Assembly (NCBI GenBank): GCA_038231275.1
Contig: JBBRLQ010000047.1
Span: 1-42,868 of the forward strand
Direction of reading: 5' to 3'
Length of the DNA stretch: 42,868 nt
Source of the DNA: Polyangiales bacterium
Lineage (GTDB): Bacteria > Myxococcota_A > Polyangia > Polyangiales > Polyangiaceae
Positions within the stretch are counted from its first letter, which is position 1. Each line of letters starts with the position of its first letter. Shown piece by piece: positions 12,923-23,030 of the stretch. Below the pieces are notes generated by a model. The model searched no databases, was not told the origin of the DNA, and saw only the letters and a list, made by a program, of their open reading frames with translations. Made by a program: the position numbers and the translations under genes.

Positions 12923-14182
12923 CTACGGACCGAGAAGATAGACCTTCCCGTCGTCCGAGGCGACGACCATCGCGCCGTCGCCCAAGAGGGTCAGCGGCGC
13001 GTCGACGTCACCGCCCGTGGCGAACGTGAAGGCGGTTCGGCCGCCAGGACCCACGGCGTAGACGCGATCGTCCTGGGCGCCGAAAAAGAGCGTGCCCTCG
13101 TCGTCCTCGAGCGCGCCTCCGTGCACGCCGAACTCGCGGGCGCCCGTTCCTTGGACGGCGAATGCCCCGCGCAGCACGCCGGTCGCGCCGTCGAGGCGGA
13201 CCTGGCGTGGCGCGGGACCGTAGACGCCGGCGAGCACGTCGCCGTTGCGCGCGACGGAGAGGGCGCCGCGGACGAAGCCGCCGACGTTGGTGCGCCACAC
13301 GATCGCGCCGCCAGGATCGAGGCGGACGATCTCGGCGCCGTCGGTCCCGACGAAGATCTCACCGCCGTCGCCGATCGCCGGACCGCCGTCGACATCGGCC
13401 CCGAGATCGACGCTCCACGCGAGCTGGCCGCTCGCTGCGCGGACGGCATAGGCGCGATGATCCTGCGCGCCGAAGACGACGAGCCCCACGACCCCGGGCG
13501 TGAGCGCGGGGCTCGTGAAAATTTTCCCTTTCGCCGCGAAGCGCCAAGCGACGTCACCGCCGCGGCGCGCGGAGTAGAGCGTGCTGCCCGCGGAGAAGTA
13601 GATCGCGCCGCCGTCGACGAGCGCGGCGGTGTCGGCCTCGCCGTCCGTCTCGATCGTCCACTTCGTCGCGCCGCCTGGATCGATCGCGCGCATCTTCTTG
13701 GCGTCGCTTCCCACGTAGATCGTCCCATCGTCGCCGACCGCGGGCGCTCCGTACGCGCGGTCGCCGAGCGCCACGCGCCACTTCGACGCTCCATCGGCGC
13801 GCGCGATCGCGGAGAGCGTGCCGCCGAGCGACGCGACGTAGAGCGTCTCTTGATCGGGCGACGCGGTCACTTGCGCCTGGACGGGCGCGCCGACGTCGAC
13901 GCTCCACACGACCTTCGCCTCCCGCGGCCCATGACCGCGCGCGCGGTGCGTGCGGTGCGCGTCGCCGTGGAGCGTACGCGCGGCGCCATCGGGCACGCCA
14001 CCATCCCCGGCCACGACGCCGCGCAACGTCGCCTCGAGCCCGCCGCCATCAATTGCGACGAGCGACACCGCAGACGGCGCTTCTCCTCGAGCCGCGCGTC
14101 GACCGCCGACACGCACCACCGCGGCGGTCGCGAGGACGGCCGCCAGTACAGCGAGGGGAAGGAGCGCCCGCGCTCGGCTCAC
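12923..14182 (-). CDS. PQQ-like (BamB-like) beta-propeller repeat protein
   Basis: Repeated P-x-V/I-G-D-x-G-x-IYVG...KW blades; N-terminal signal/TM segment. Confidence 0.88.
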   Translation of the reverse strand: MSRARALLPLAVLAAVLATAAVVRVGGRRAARGEAPSAVSLVAIDGGGLEATLRGVVAGDGGVPDGAARTLHGDAHRTHRARGHGPREAKVVWSVDVGAPVQAQVTASPDQETLYVASLGGTLSAIARADGASKWRVALGDRAYGAPAVGDDGTIYVGSDAKKMRAIDPGGATKWTIETDGEADTAALVDGGAIYFSAGSTLYSARRGGDVAWRFAAKGKIFTSPALTPGVVGLVVFGAQDHRAYAVRAASGQLAWSVDLGADVDGGPAIGDGGEIFVGTDGAEIVRLDPGGAIVWRTNVGGFVRGALSVARNGDVLAGVYGPAPRQVRLDGATGVLRGAFAVQGTGAREFGVHGGALEDDEGTLFFGAQDDRVYAVGPGGRTAFTFATGGDVDAPLTLLGDGAMVVASDDGKVYLLGP

Positions 14183-14195
14183 GACGCGCGTTCGA

Positions 14196-14507
14196 TCAGC
14201 GCTTCCGGACGGACTTCAGGCGGCGCTCGGACTCACGTGCCTCGTCGACGCCGAGCGCGTGCGCTTGCTCGCCCGGCATCCGGCGCGCGAGCCATCCAAT
14301 GAGGGTGAGGCCAGCGGTGCGCGTGTGCTCCGGAGTGCAAGGCTCGCGAATGAGGCGTGAGAGCTCGTCGATGAGGCGGGTGCGCTCCGTCTCGTCCGCG
14401 CTCACCAGCCCGCGCCGGACGGCGTCGCCACGATCGAAGACCACCTGGAGCTCCGCCATCTGAAGCTCGACACTAAACACGGATTTGGTCTGCCGCATGG
14501 GCCTCAT
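14196..14507 (-). CDS. Small hypothetical protein
   Basis: Coding-like composition; co-oriented and 13 nt from the propeller gene; alternative start 14498. Confidence 0.65.
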   Translation of the reverse strand: MRPMRQTKSVFSVELQMAELQVVFDRGDAVRRGLVSADETERTRLIDELSRLIREPCTPEHTRTAGLTLIGWLARRMPGEQAHALGVDEARESERRLKSVRKR

Positions 14508-14741
14508 TGCTTCTGACGGGACGAACGCGCAAACGCGGGAAAGTCTAACAACGAACCTGCTGGCGTCGAGCCAATTGCCGCAGCGCGCCGAACGAGGCGC
14601 ACACCTTTACTCAGTTCTGGTGACACGCAAGGAGAATTGCTCCTCGGCGCGCAAGATGCGGCAACTCTCTACGATTACCCCGCATTTCGCTCCGAGCTTC
14701 CCGCGCGCTCCCCTGTACGGCCACTTTTTGGAACACTTGCG

Positions 14742-17360
14742 TCAAATATTTCCGATGAGGACCTCGCGGTCCTTCGCGCCGTTGGCCGGTCCGACGATGC
14801 CCCTCCGCTCCATCATTTCGACGATGCGCGCGGCACGGTTGTAGCCAAGGCCGAGCTTGCGCTGAAGCCACGACGTCGAGCAGCGGCGCGTGTCGGCGAC
14901 CACTCGGCATGCGTCGTCGTACATGAGGTCCTGCTCGGCGTCGGCCTCTTCGTTGGCCTCGTCGTCGCCGTCGCGCGGCTTCAGGATGTTCTCGTCGTAG
15001 ACCGGCTCGCCCTGAAGGCGCAGAAAGTCGGTCACGAGCTGGACCTCCTCTTCGCTCACCATCGGGCACTGCACGCGCTTCGTCTCGTTCGTGCCGTTCA
15101 ACTTGATGAGCATGTCGCCGCGTCCGAGGAGGTGCTCGGCGCCTTGCTCGTCGAGGATCGTGCGCGAGTCGACCTTCTGCGCGACGCGGTACGCGATGCG
15201 CGTCGGAAAGTTCGCTTTGATCATGCCGGTGATGACGTCGACGCTCGGGCGCTGCGTCGCGAGGATGACGTGCATGCCGGCCGCGCGCGCTTTTTGTGCG
15301 AGGCGCGCGACGGCGGTCTCGACGTCCTTGCCCTGCTGCATCATGAGATCGGCGAACTCGTCGACGACGATGACGATGAGCGGCAGCTTCTCGGGGAGCG
15401 GCGACTCGCCCTCGTCCGAGCCCTTCTCGGGCGGCACGTCGTCGGGGAGGCCGTTGTGATCTTTGCCGATGACGCGCTTCGGCAGCGGGTTGCGAATGGC
15501 GCCGCTCCGGACGCGCTCCACCCAGCCGTTGTACGTGCCGATGTTCTTCGTGCCGGCGTCGGCGAACATCTGGTAGCGGCGTTCCATCTCGTCGACCGCC
15601 CACTTCAGCGCGTTCGACGCTTGCTTCATGTCGGTGACGACCGGCAGGAGCATGTGCGGGATGCGATCGAACGGCGCGAGCTCGACGACCTTCGGATCGA
15701 TCATGAGGAGGCGGAGCTCCTCGGGCGAGCGCCTATAGAGGAGGGACGTGAGCATCACGTTGAGGCCGACGCTCTTTCCCGCGCCGGTCGCGCCAGCGAC
15801 GATCACGTGCGGCATGCTCGCGAGATCGGCGTAGACGGGGTTGCCGAGGATGTCGCGGCCGAGCACGACGGGCAGTGGCGCGTCGAACTGCTGGAAGCGG
15901 CGGTCCTCGACGAGATCCCGCAAATTCACAGGGATTCGGCGATCGTTGGGGAGCTCGAAGCCGATGCGGTTCTTGCCGGGGATCGGCGCGACGATGCGCA
16001 CCTTCTTCGCGAGCGCGAGCGCGAGATCGTCGGCGAGCGACGCGACCTTCGAGACCTTGGTGCCGGCGGCCGGTGATACTTCGAACGTCGTGACGGTCGG
16101 GCCGGGGAGAATGTCCTCCACCTTGCCGGTGACGCCGTAGTCCGCGAGCGTCTTCACGAGGAGCTCGGCGCTGCGGAAGAGCGCCTCCTTGTCGATCTGG
16201 ATCGCAGTCTCGACCTTCGCGGGCACGAGGAAGTCGAGCGGCGGAAGACGGAAGCCGGCGCCGGTGGCGGGGACGAGCTTGTCGCCCTTCTGGAGCTTCT
16301 CGACCTTGAGGGAGTCGAGCGTCGAGGTGTCGATGATCTCGCCCTTCCTCTTCTTGGGCTTGGGGTCGGGCTTGTCGAGCTTGATGTCGACCTTGATTGG
16401 CGCGGCCGCGACGACGGGCTCGGGGGAGGGCTCGGACATGGGGAACGAGTCCGACTCCGACTCCGACGCGGACTCCGAGGCCGACTCCGACTCCGACTCC
16501 GATTCCGCGACCGGCTTCGGCGCGCGCTTCTTTCGGGGCTTCTTCTTGGGCTCGTCGGGCAAAGGAATTCCCGGCAAATCGAGCTGCTCGGTCGGCAGAA
16601 GACCGTCCGCCTCGTCGTCGGTGAGCATCGCGATGGTCGCGTCGTCGCCGGCGCCGAGCTCGATCTTCGGGAGCTTCGCGACGCGCTCGGCCTCGGCCTT
16701 CTCCTTTTCGATCTGACGCGCCGTGCGCCATGCGTCGGCGACGGTGAGCGCGCCTGCCTTCGTTCCTTGCGCGCCTCGCTGCCCGAGGCGCATCACGGTG
16801 TTGACGAGCGCGATGAACGAGAACGACGCGCGGCCGATCAAGATGAGTCCGAGTAGCGCGAAGCCGACGAGGAAGGAGCCGACGGTAGAGAAGAGAGAGC
16901 GCGCGAGCTCGCCGAACAGCTCGCCGACGAGTCCGCCCGCGGCGTGGTGCCCGAACGCTTGCTTGCCGGGCCAGCCGACCTGAACGAGCGCCGTCGCGAT
17001 GATCACGATGAGCAGATCGCCCGCGACGCGCGCCGGCGTAATCAGGCTCTTTTTCCCGCGAACGAACGGGATGCCGAGGAGCACGGCCTCGAGCGGCATC
17101 ACCCACGCGATGACGCCGATGGTGCCGGCGATCGCGCGCGCGAACGCCTCGCCGACCGGACCGACCCAGTTACCGCCGCTGCCGTCGTCGACGTACGACG
17201 CGAGTGCCAGCGCGAGGAACAAGCCAAGCGTCCACAAGAGGAGGGCCGCCACCTCGCGCCCGCGGGCGTAAGGCACCGCGCCCGGTCCCAGGATCTTGGG
17301 GAGGCGCGTGTTCGACGGTGCGTCCTGATGGGGTCGTGGCGCGAAGAGGGGGAACGCCAT
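14742..17360 (-). CDS. ftsK: DNA translocase FtsK
   Basis: N-terminal 4TM, Walker A GATGAGKS, LMIDPK, VVDEFADL, ATQRPSV, gamma domain LQRKLGLGYNRAARIVE. Confidence 0.97.
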   Translation of the reverse strand: MAFPLFAPRPHQDAPSNTRLPKILGPGAVPYARGREVAALLLWTLGLFLALALASYVDDGSGGNWVGPVGEAFARAIAGTIGVIAWVMPLEAVLLGIPFVRGKKSLITPARVAGDLLIVIIATALVQVGWPGKQAFGHHAAGGLVGELFGELARSLFSTVGSFLVGFALLGLILIGRASFSFIALVNTVMRLGQRGAQGTKAGALTVADAWRTARQIEKEKAEAERVAKLPKIELGAGDDATIAMLTDDEADGLLPTEQLDLPGIPLPDEPKKKPRKKRAPKPVAESESESESASESASESESDSFPMSEPSPEPVVAAAPIKVDIKLDKPDPKPKKRKGEIIDTSTLDSLKVEKLQKGDKLVPATGAGFRLPPLDFLVPAKVETAIQIDKEALFRSAELLVKTLADYGVTGKVEDILPGPTVTTFEVSPAAGTKVSKVASLADDLALALAKKVRIVAPIPGKNRIGFELPNDRRIPVNLRDLVEDRRFQQFDAPLPVVLGRDILGNPVYADLASMPHVIVAGATGAGKSVGLNVMLTSLLYRRSPEELRLLMIDPKVVELAPFDRIPHMLLPVVTDMKQASNALKWAVDEMERRYQMFADAGTKNIGTYNGWVERVRSGAIRNPLPKRVIGKDHNGLPDDVPPEKGSDEGESPLPEKLPLIVIVVDEFADLMMQQGKDVETAVARLAQKARAAGMHVILATQRPSVDVITGMIKANFPTRIAYRVAQKVDSRTILDEQGAEHLLGRGDMLIKLNGTNETKRVQCPMVSEEEVQLVTDFLRLQGEPVYDENILKPRDGDDEANEEADAEQDLMYDDACRVVADTRRCSTSWLQRKLGLGYNRAARIVEMMERRGIVGPANGAKDREVLIGNI
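16447..16507. repeat. GACTCC-type hexamer microsatellite encoding (ES)n in the FtsK linker
   Basis: About 10 imperfect 6-bp units translating to ESESESESASESASESESDS. Confidence 0.85.
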
Positions 17361-17543
17361 GCCTACGTTATCCTACACGCCACGCTAGCCCGCCGCGCGG
17401 ATTCGGCCAAGGATTCGGCGGCCCGCCGGTCCGGTCCGCAGCACGCGCAAAGTGTTGGGTTTAAGCGGCCAGCGTCGTAGCATCGGCGCCGAACTGCCGT
17501 TTCGTCGTACGCCGTAAAAACCGATCAAGGTGGAAGAGCCGAG

Positions 17544-19199
17544 ATGACTCGAACGTGGAGAGCCGCCGCGGTGGCATGGGCGCGGGCAAGTGTGGCAGGT
17601 GCCGCGGTGGGCGCGGCGGTGACGCTGAGCGCCGGGCTCGTGAGCGGGTGCCGCGTGAGCGAGAGCGACGTCCATCGCTGGGAGATCACCGAGCGGGGGC
17701 CGTACAAGCTGGTCGCCGTCATCGCCCACGACAAGTACGCGACGCCGCTCCGCGTGGACGCGGGACTGTCGCTCATCCGGATGCCGCCGCGGGGCGGGCA
17801 GCGCCAGGGCATCAAGTACCTCGTGAACGGCTACAAGGACGAGGACGCGAACGAGCGCCCGGGCGCCCTCATGCAGATCAGCGAAGAGGCGCGCCGCAAG
17901 ATCGTGATCGGCATGGCGCCAGAGATCGTGAAGCAGATCCAAGCGCCTCCGCCGCCGAGGACCACGGACGGGGCGCTCCCGCCCGACCTGAGCATTCCCT
18001 TCAAGGACGCGGCCTTCGCGATGCTCTCACACGAGCCGCCGATCGCCGGTGACGACGCGACGAAGCGCATGCTGAGCGACGCGCTCACGCAGTGGGCGCA
18101 GACCGGCTTCGAGGATCGCATCGAGAACGCGACGCAGCAGTACGGCATGGAGCAGATGATGCGTTTCCTCGGCGCGGGAAGCGTGAAAGCGCTGCCGACG
18201 CTCGTGAACGAAAACACGTCGCGCATCGACCGCATCGCCAGCCTCGTCGCCGACATCGGCGACCCCGAGACGAAGAAGAAGCTGGGCGACGCGCTCGTCG
18301 CGCTGGGAAAGCGCCTCGATTCCGCGGACTGGGTCGCCATCGAGACGAAGATCGTCGACGACCACAACAAGAAGACCGCGCCGAACACGCCGGTGACCAA
18401 GGAGCAGGTCGCCAAGCAGGTGCAGACGATCCAGGACAGCAAGTTCACCGAGCAGCTCTTCCCGGCGATGAAGCGCGTCGGCGGAAAATCGGTGACCGAC
18501 TACCTCTTCACGTACGCGGGCGACCCGAAGGCGAACGCCGATCGACGCAAGCTCGCCGTGGCCGCCCTCGAAGGCAACATCGACAAGAACAACCCGCAGG
18601 ACGCCGATCGTCTGTTCGCCATCGCGCGCAGCGACGAGACGCCCGACGGCGTGCGCGACCTCGTCTTCAACCGCCTCGGCGAGCTGCCCAAGGAGCAGAT
18701 CGTCAACCGGCTCTACACGGACCCGGCCTTCTTCTCGCCGAAGAAGTGGAAGGTTCGCTGGGTCGCCGCGTCGCTCGTCCTCAAGACCTCGAGCACGAAG
18801 GACCTGCCGCGCTTCATGACGCACCTGCCGACCAGCCCGGCCGTGAAGAGCGGGATGACGGAGGGCCTCGCGTATGGCGGTCTCATCGCCAAGATCGAGC
18901 CGGGTCCCGGCGATCCGAAGCCGCGCGAGGCGATCACGCCGTACCTCAACGCGCGGGAATTCGGGCCAAAAATGACGGCGCTCGGCTTCTTCTACAATGG
19001 GAAGAAGGCGGACATCCCGGTGGTGAAGTCGCACGAGGAGGACAACACCCCCGTGCCGAAGTGCGACAAGGAAGAGGAATGCGGGTGGACGTACGACACG
19101 CCGAAGGCGGGGGGCCAGCCGGGCGACAAGGAATCGAAGGACCTGAAGACGGTCGGCGAGTTCGTCAAATATGTCCTGATTCCTTCCATGGACAACTAG
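17544..19199 (+). CDS. Hypothetical alpha-helical (HEAT-like) lipoprotein
   Basis: Lipobox LVSGC; strong codon bias; mostly helical sequence. Confidence 0.8.
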   Translation: MTRTWRAAAVAWARASVAGAAVGAAVTLSAGLVSGCRVSESDVHRWEITERGPYKLVAVIAHDKYATPLRVDAGLSLIRMPPRGGQRQGIKYLVNGYKDEDANERPGALMQISEEARRKIVIGMAPEIVKQIQAPPPPRTTDGALPPDLSIPFKDAAFAMLSHEPPIAGDDATKRMLSDALTQWAQTGFEDRIENATQQYGMEQMMRFLGAGSVKALPTLVNENTSRIDRIASLVADIGDPETKKKLGDALVALGKRLDSADWVAIETKIVDDHNKKTAPNTPVTKEQVAKQVQTIQDSKFTEQLFPAMKRVGGKSVTDYLFTYAGDPKANADRRKLAVAALEGNIDKNNPQDADRLFAIARSDETPDGVRDLVFNRLGELPKEQIVNRLYTDPAFFSPKKWKVRWVAASLVLKTSSTKDLPRFMTHLPTSPAVKSGMTEGLAYGGLIAKIEPGPGDPKPREAITPYLNAREFGPKMTALGFFYNGKKADIPVVKSHEEDNTPVPKCDKEEECGWTYDTPKAGGQPGDKESKDLKTVGEFVKYVLIPSMDN

Positions 19200-19293
19200 C
19201 ATTCCCTAGTCACGCATCGGAACACCAGGTAGCCTCTGTGACAGAGTCCAAACCTTTGCAACGTTGCCTCTCCATTGGGGGCAAATGGCCGTG

Positions 19294-20187
19294 ATGAGCT
19301 CGGATCCGAACAAGAAGAGCGCGCGCACATTCCAGTGCAGGGACGTGCTCTGGGAAACGTTCGAGCAGATGGCGCGCGAGCTCGAGTGCAGCGTCGATTA
19401 CCTCATTAATGAGGCGATGAAGCAGTACGCGAGGCAGCGCAGCTACGGCTCGCGCACGCCGTTCCCTGGGCGCGAGGCCGCGCAGCCGCCGCCGCAGCAG
19501 CAGAACCCGCCGCAGCACCACGGAGGGTTCGTCGGGCATCAGTCGCAGCCGCCGATGCAAGGCGGCGGGATGATGCGTCCGCAGACGCAGCCGCCGATGG
19601 CGCAGCCCGGACGACTTCCGCCTCCGCCGATGCGCGGCGGTGGGCTCGCCGGGCCGCCTCCTTCGCGTCATCCGCAGTCTATGGGAGGAGGCGGTGGTGG
19701 TGGTGGCCAGCTCGCGCCGCCGGCCTATCCCGCGCGTCAGACAGGTCCGCTGCCGGGTCCGGGGCCGCGGTCCGCGCCTCCCCCGCCGCGGAGCGCTCCG
19801 CCGCCGATTCCTGGTGGAGGTCCGCAGCGCGGCGGCGGCGGCGGCTACATGCAGCAGCAGCAGCAACACGGCGGCGGCATGAACGGCTTCCCGCAGCCGC
19901 AAGCCGGGGCGACGCTCAACGTCATCTACCAGGGCGAGAAGCTCTCGGTGACCAAGGATCGCTTCGTCATCGGCCGCGGCAAGCAGTCGAGCGATCTCAC
20001 GCTGAAGGATCCGAACGTGTCGCGCCAGCACGCGATGATCGAGTTCCAGAACGGCGTCTACTTCATGGTCGACATGGGCTCGACGAACGGCGTCGAGTAC
20101 AACGGCCAGCGCATCGCCCGGAAGCAGATCGCGGAGGGAGACATCTTCCGCATTTGCGATCACGATCTGCGGTTCACCTACCGCTGA
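19294..20187 (+). CDS. RHH-like N-terminal domain + P/Q/G low-complexity linker + FHA domain protein
   Basis: FHA motifs IGR, SRQHA, DMGSTNG; N-terminal RTFQCRDVLWETFEQMARELECSVDYLINEAMKQY resembles ribbon-helix-helix. Start could be 19285. Confidence 0.85.
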   Translation: MSSDPNKKSARTFQCRDVLWETFEQMARELECSVDYLINEAMKQYARQRSYGSRTPFPGREAAQPPPQQQNPPQHHGGFVGHQSQPPMQGGGMMRPQTQPPMAQPGRLPPPPMRGGGLAGPPPSRHPQSMGGGGGGGGQLAPPAYPARQTGPLPGPGPRSAPPPPRSAPPPIPGGGPQRGGGGGYMQQQQQHGGGMNGFPQPQAGATLNVIYQGEKLSVTKDRFVIGRGKQSSDLTLKDPNVSRQHAMIEFQNGVYFMVDMGSTNGVEYNGQRIARKQIAEGDIFRICDHDLRFTYR

Positions 20188-20212
20188 CCGCGGGTCGGGT
20201 GGGAGCGTCGAG

Positions 20213-21154
20213 ATGCACGCCGCGATCGTAGGGGCGGGCGCGCTGGGGTGTGTCTACGGCGCGCGGCTCGCCGCGGTCGCACGGGTGGGCGTCACGTTCG
20301 TCGTGCGTCCTGCGCGCGTGCGTGAAGCGCGAGGGATGCTGCTCGAGCGCGTGGACGAGCGCGACGACGTCCTCCGGATCGCGTCGCCCGACTACGCGGC
20401 GGAGGTGCCGGCGCATGCCGACGTCGTCCTCGTGTGCGTGCGCGGCGAGCAGCTCGACGACGGGCTCGTGGAGCTCCTTCGTCGCGGGCCCGACGTGCCG
20501 GCGGTGGTGCTGACGCCGATGATGCCGGGCGACTACGAGCGAATGCGCGACGAGGGCGCACTGGGCGATCGCGTCGTCGCGGCGATGGCGGGGGTCGTCG
20601 CGTACGTGCGTGAGGACGGAGTGGTGCGGTATTGGCTTCCGACGATGGCGCCGACGCTGATCGACGAGGTGCGCGGCGCTGGCGAGGCGGTGGCGGAGAT
20701 CGCGCTTATGCTCGTTCGCGCGGGAATTCGAGCGCGAATCGAGCTGGGCGTTCATGAATCGAACCCGGCGACCACGGTGACGTTCGCGCCGCTCACGATG
20801 GCGCTCGACGTCGGCGGTGGGGTCGACGGACTGCTCGCCGACGCGTCGCTCACGTCTCTCGCGATCCGCGCGGCGCGCGAAGGGGTCGAGCTCGGGCGTC
20901 ATGTCGGAGCGGTGGCACCCTGGGCGGCCGCGATGACGAAGTTCCTGAACCGGATGACGCTGCGCATCGGCGTAGGCCTCGCGAAGCGGCAGTCGCCAGA
21001 GGCCATTCACTACGTCGACGAGCACTTCGGCCGAAAGCTCCACGCGCAGAACGTGAGCATGGCGCGCGCGCTGGTGACGCTGGCAGAGACGAAGGGAACG
21101 CCGCACGAGGCGCTCGCTGCGCTGCGCGACAGGCTGGTTGCTGGGGCCGCCTGA
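20213..21154 (+). CDS. Ketopantoate reductase-like (ApbA/PanE N-terminal Rossmann) oxidoreductase
   Basis: AIVGAGALGCVYGARLA...VTFVVR and ADVVLVCVR; C-terminal half divergent. Confidence 0.7.
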   Translation: MHAAIVGAGALGCVYGARLAAVARVGVTFVVRPARVREARGMLLERVDERDDVLRIASPDYAAEVPAHADVVLVCVRGEQLDDGLVELLRRGPDVPAVVLTPMMPGDYERMRDEGALGDRVVAAMAGVVAYVREDGVVRYWLPTMAPTLIDEVRGAGEAVAEIALMLVRAGIRARIELGVHESNPATTVTFAPLTMALDVGGGVDGLLADASLTSLAIRAAREGVELGRHVGAVAPWAAAMTKFLNRMTLRIGVGLAKRQSPEAIHYVDEHFGRKLHAQNVSMARALVTLAETKGTPHEALAALRDRLVAGAA

Positions 21155-21196
21155 GCGGATAGCATCGACCCTCCCATGCGCCCCGGCCTTCGCCCC

Positions 21197-22276
21197 ATGA
21201 CCCGGTTGCCGATGCTCGAGCCGCGCCGCGCCGCGCTCGAGAACTGCGCGTTCTGCCCGAAGCTGTCGCGCAGCGCGTGTCCGGTGTCGAACGTCGAACC
21301 GCGCGAGACGCTGACGCCGTGGGGCAAGATGAGCACCGCGTACTTCGTCGCGAACGGCGACGTGCCGCTCGATGGATCGTTCGCGGCGCCGGCGTGGGCG
21401 TGCACCGGTTGCTTCGCGTGCCGCGAGAGCTGCGATCACAAGAACGACGTGGCCGGCACGCTGCTCGTCGCGCGCGGAGCGATGATGCGCGAGGGCGTCG
21501 CGCCGGCGGCGGCCAAAAAAGCGATCGCGCGGTTCGCCGCGATGGCGGAGCGAACCGCGAAGGGCGTCGAGGAGCTGCGCGGGCGACCCGGCGTGCGCGC
21601 AGACGCATCGACGGCGCTGCTCGTGGGGTGCACGTACGTGGCGAAGGCGCGCGCGGAGGCCGAGCACGCGGTCGACGCGGCGTCGGCCCTCGCCGGCGGA
21701 GGGGTATCGCTCGCCGGCGCGTGCTGCGGGCTTCCTCTCTTGCACGCCGGCGATCCCGGCGGCTTCATCGATCACGCGCAGGCGCTCTCGCGAGAGGTGC
21801 GGAGCAAGCGCAAAGTCCTCGTCGCCGACGGCGGCTGCGCGCATGCGCTACGCGTGCGCTACCCGGAGTACGGCGTGAACCTCGGCACGCGCGTGGAGGT
21901 CCTCGTCGAGGCCGCCGCGCGCGATCTCGGACGCCTTCGCCCGCTCGGCGGCGACGAGCGCGTTCGGTACCACGACTCGTGTCACCTCGGACGCGGGCTC
22001 GGGATCTACGAGGCCCCTCGCGCCGTGCTCACGCGCGTCCTCGGCCGCGCGCCCGAAGAGTTCGACGATCGACGCGAGCGCGCAGCCTGCGCGGGCGGCG
22101 GCGGCGCGCTCCCCCTCACGATGCCGGAGGTCGCGCACGGGATCGCCGAAGCCCGCGTCGCCACCGCGAAGTCCTCGCGCATCGTCACGGGCTGCGCGTC
22201 GAGCCTCGTCCGAATGCGAAAGGCGGGCGGCGACGTGGCCGATCTGGCGACGTTCATCGCGCGCGCGCTCGCATAG
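21197..22276 (+). CDS. Fe-S oxidoreductase (4Fe-4S dicluster + two CCG domains, GlpC/HdrD-like)
   Basis: CAFCPKLSRSACP, CTGCFACRESC, ACCG, YHDSCHLGR, CAGGGG. Confidence 0.85.
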   Translation: MTRLPMLEPRRAALENCAFCPKLSRSACPVSNVEPRETLTPWGKMSTAYFVANGDVPLDGSFAAPAWACTGCFACRESCDHKNDVAGTLLVARGAMMREGVAPAAAKKAIARFAAMAERTAKGVEELRGRPGVRADASTALLVGCTYVAKARAEAEHAVDAASALAGGGVSLAGACCGLPLLHAGDPGGFIDHAQALSREVRSKRKVLVADGGCAHALRVRYPEYGVNLGTRVEVLVEAAARDLGRLRPLGGDERVRYHDSCHLGRGLGIYEAPRAVLTRVLGRAPEEFDDRRERAACAGGGGALPLTMPEVAHGIAEARVATAKSSRIVTGCASSLVRMRKAGGDVADLATFIARALA

Positions 22277-22426
22277 GGAGCTCCTGCGCCACTTCCACGT
22301 GGGGATGCGTTGGGTTGCGCGCTCGCACGATGTAGGTCGGCGTACGCGCGCGCGGGGCTTCCATTCCGGCCCTCGTCACGTACGATTAGCTTGGGGTGGG
22401 ATCGTCATTCCCATCTAACGCGCCAA

Positions 22427-22960
22427 ATGCCGACCGAGAATGACATGGGGGGTTTGAAGCCGGAGACGCTGCCGCCGTGGCCGTCCGAGCCGCCGGCGAC
22501 CGCCACGCCCGGCGTGGAAGCGGAGCGCACGAGCGGCCTGGTCCTCACGGCGGAGCCGCCGCGAACGGCTGCGCTGCAAGCGCTGCGCGAGCAACAAGAG
22601 GAGGTCGCGCGGCTCGAGCAGCAACGCGCCGCCGACGCCGAGCTCATCGCGAAGATGACCACCGATCTCGCGCGGCTCGACGACATCACGCGCGCCGAGC
22701 GGGCGCTCCGCGAGTCGTCGCTCGTCCAGATCCGCCGCCTCTCGACGCTCGAGCGCGAGGCCGAAGCCGCAAAGACCGCCCTCGCCATCGCGACCGCGGA
22801 GCGAGACGGGGCCCGCGCCAGGGCGTCCGCCGTCGAAGAAGAGCTCGCGGCGCTGCGGGAGGCGCTCGACGCCGCCGAGGCGGGTGCACGCGACGCCGCG
22901 ACGGCGCTCGCCGACGTGACGCGCGCGCTCGAGGTCGCCGCCGGCATCGCAAAGCGTTAG
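22427..22960 (+). CDS. Coiled-coil hypothetical protein
   Basis: A/E/R-rich heptad sequence, high GC3. Confidence 0.65.
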   Translation: MPTENDMGGLKPETLPPWPSEPPATATPGVEAERTSGLVLTAEPPRTAALQALREQQEEVARLEQQRAADAELIAKMTTDLARLDDITRAERALRESSLVQIRRLSTLEREAEAAKTALAIATAERDGARARASAVEEELAALREALDAAEAGARDAATALADVTRALEVAAGIAKR

Positions 22961-23030
22961 CGAGGCCGCAGGTGGGTCGCTACCGTCGTTTGCCCGTTCC
23001 GTGCAAACCACGTTCGCTCTAGCCTGAAGC

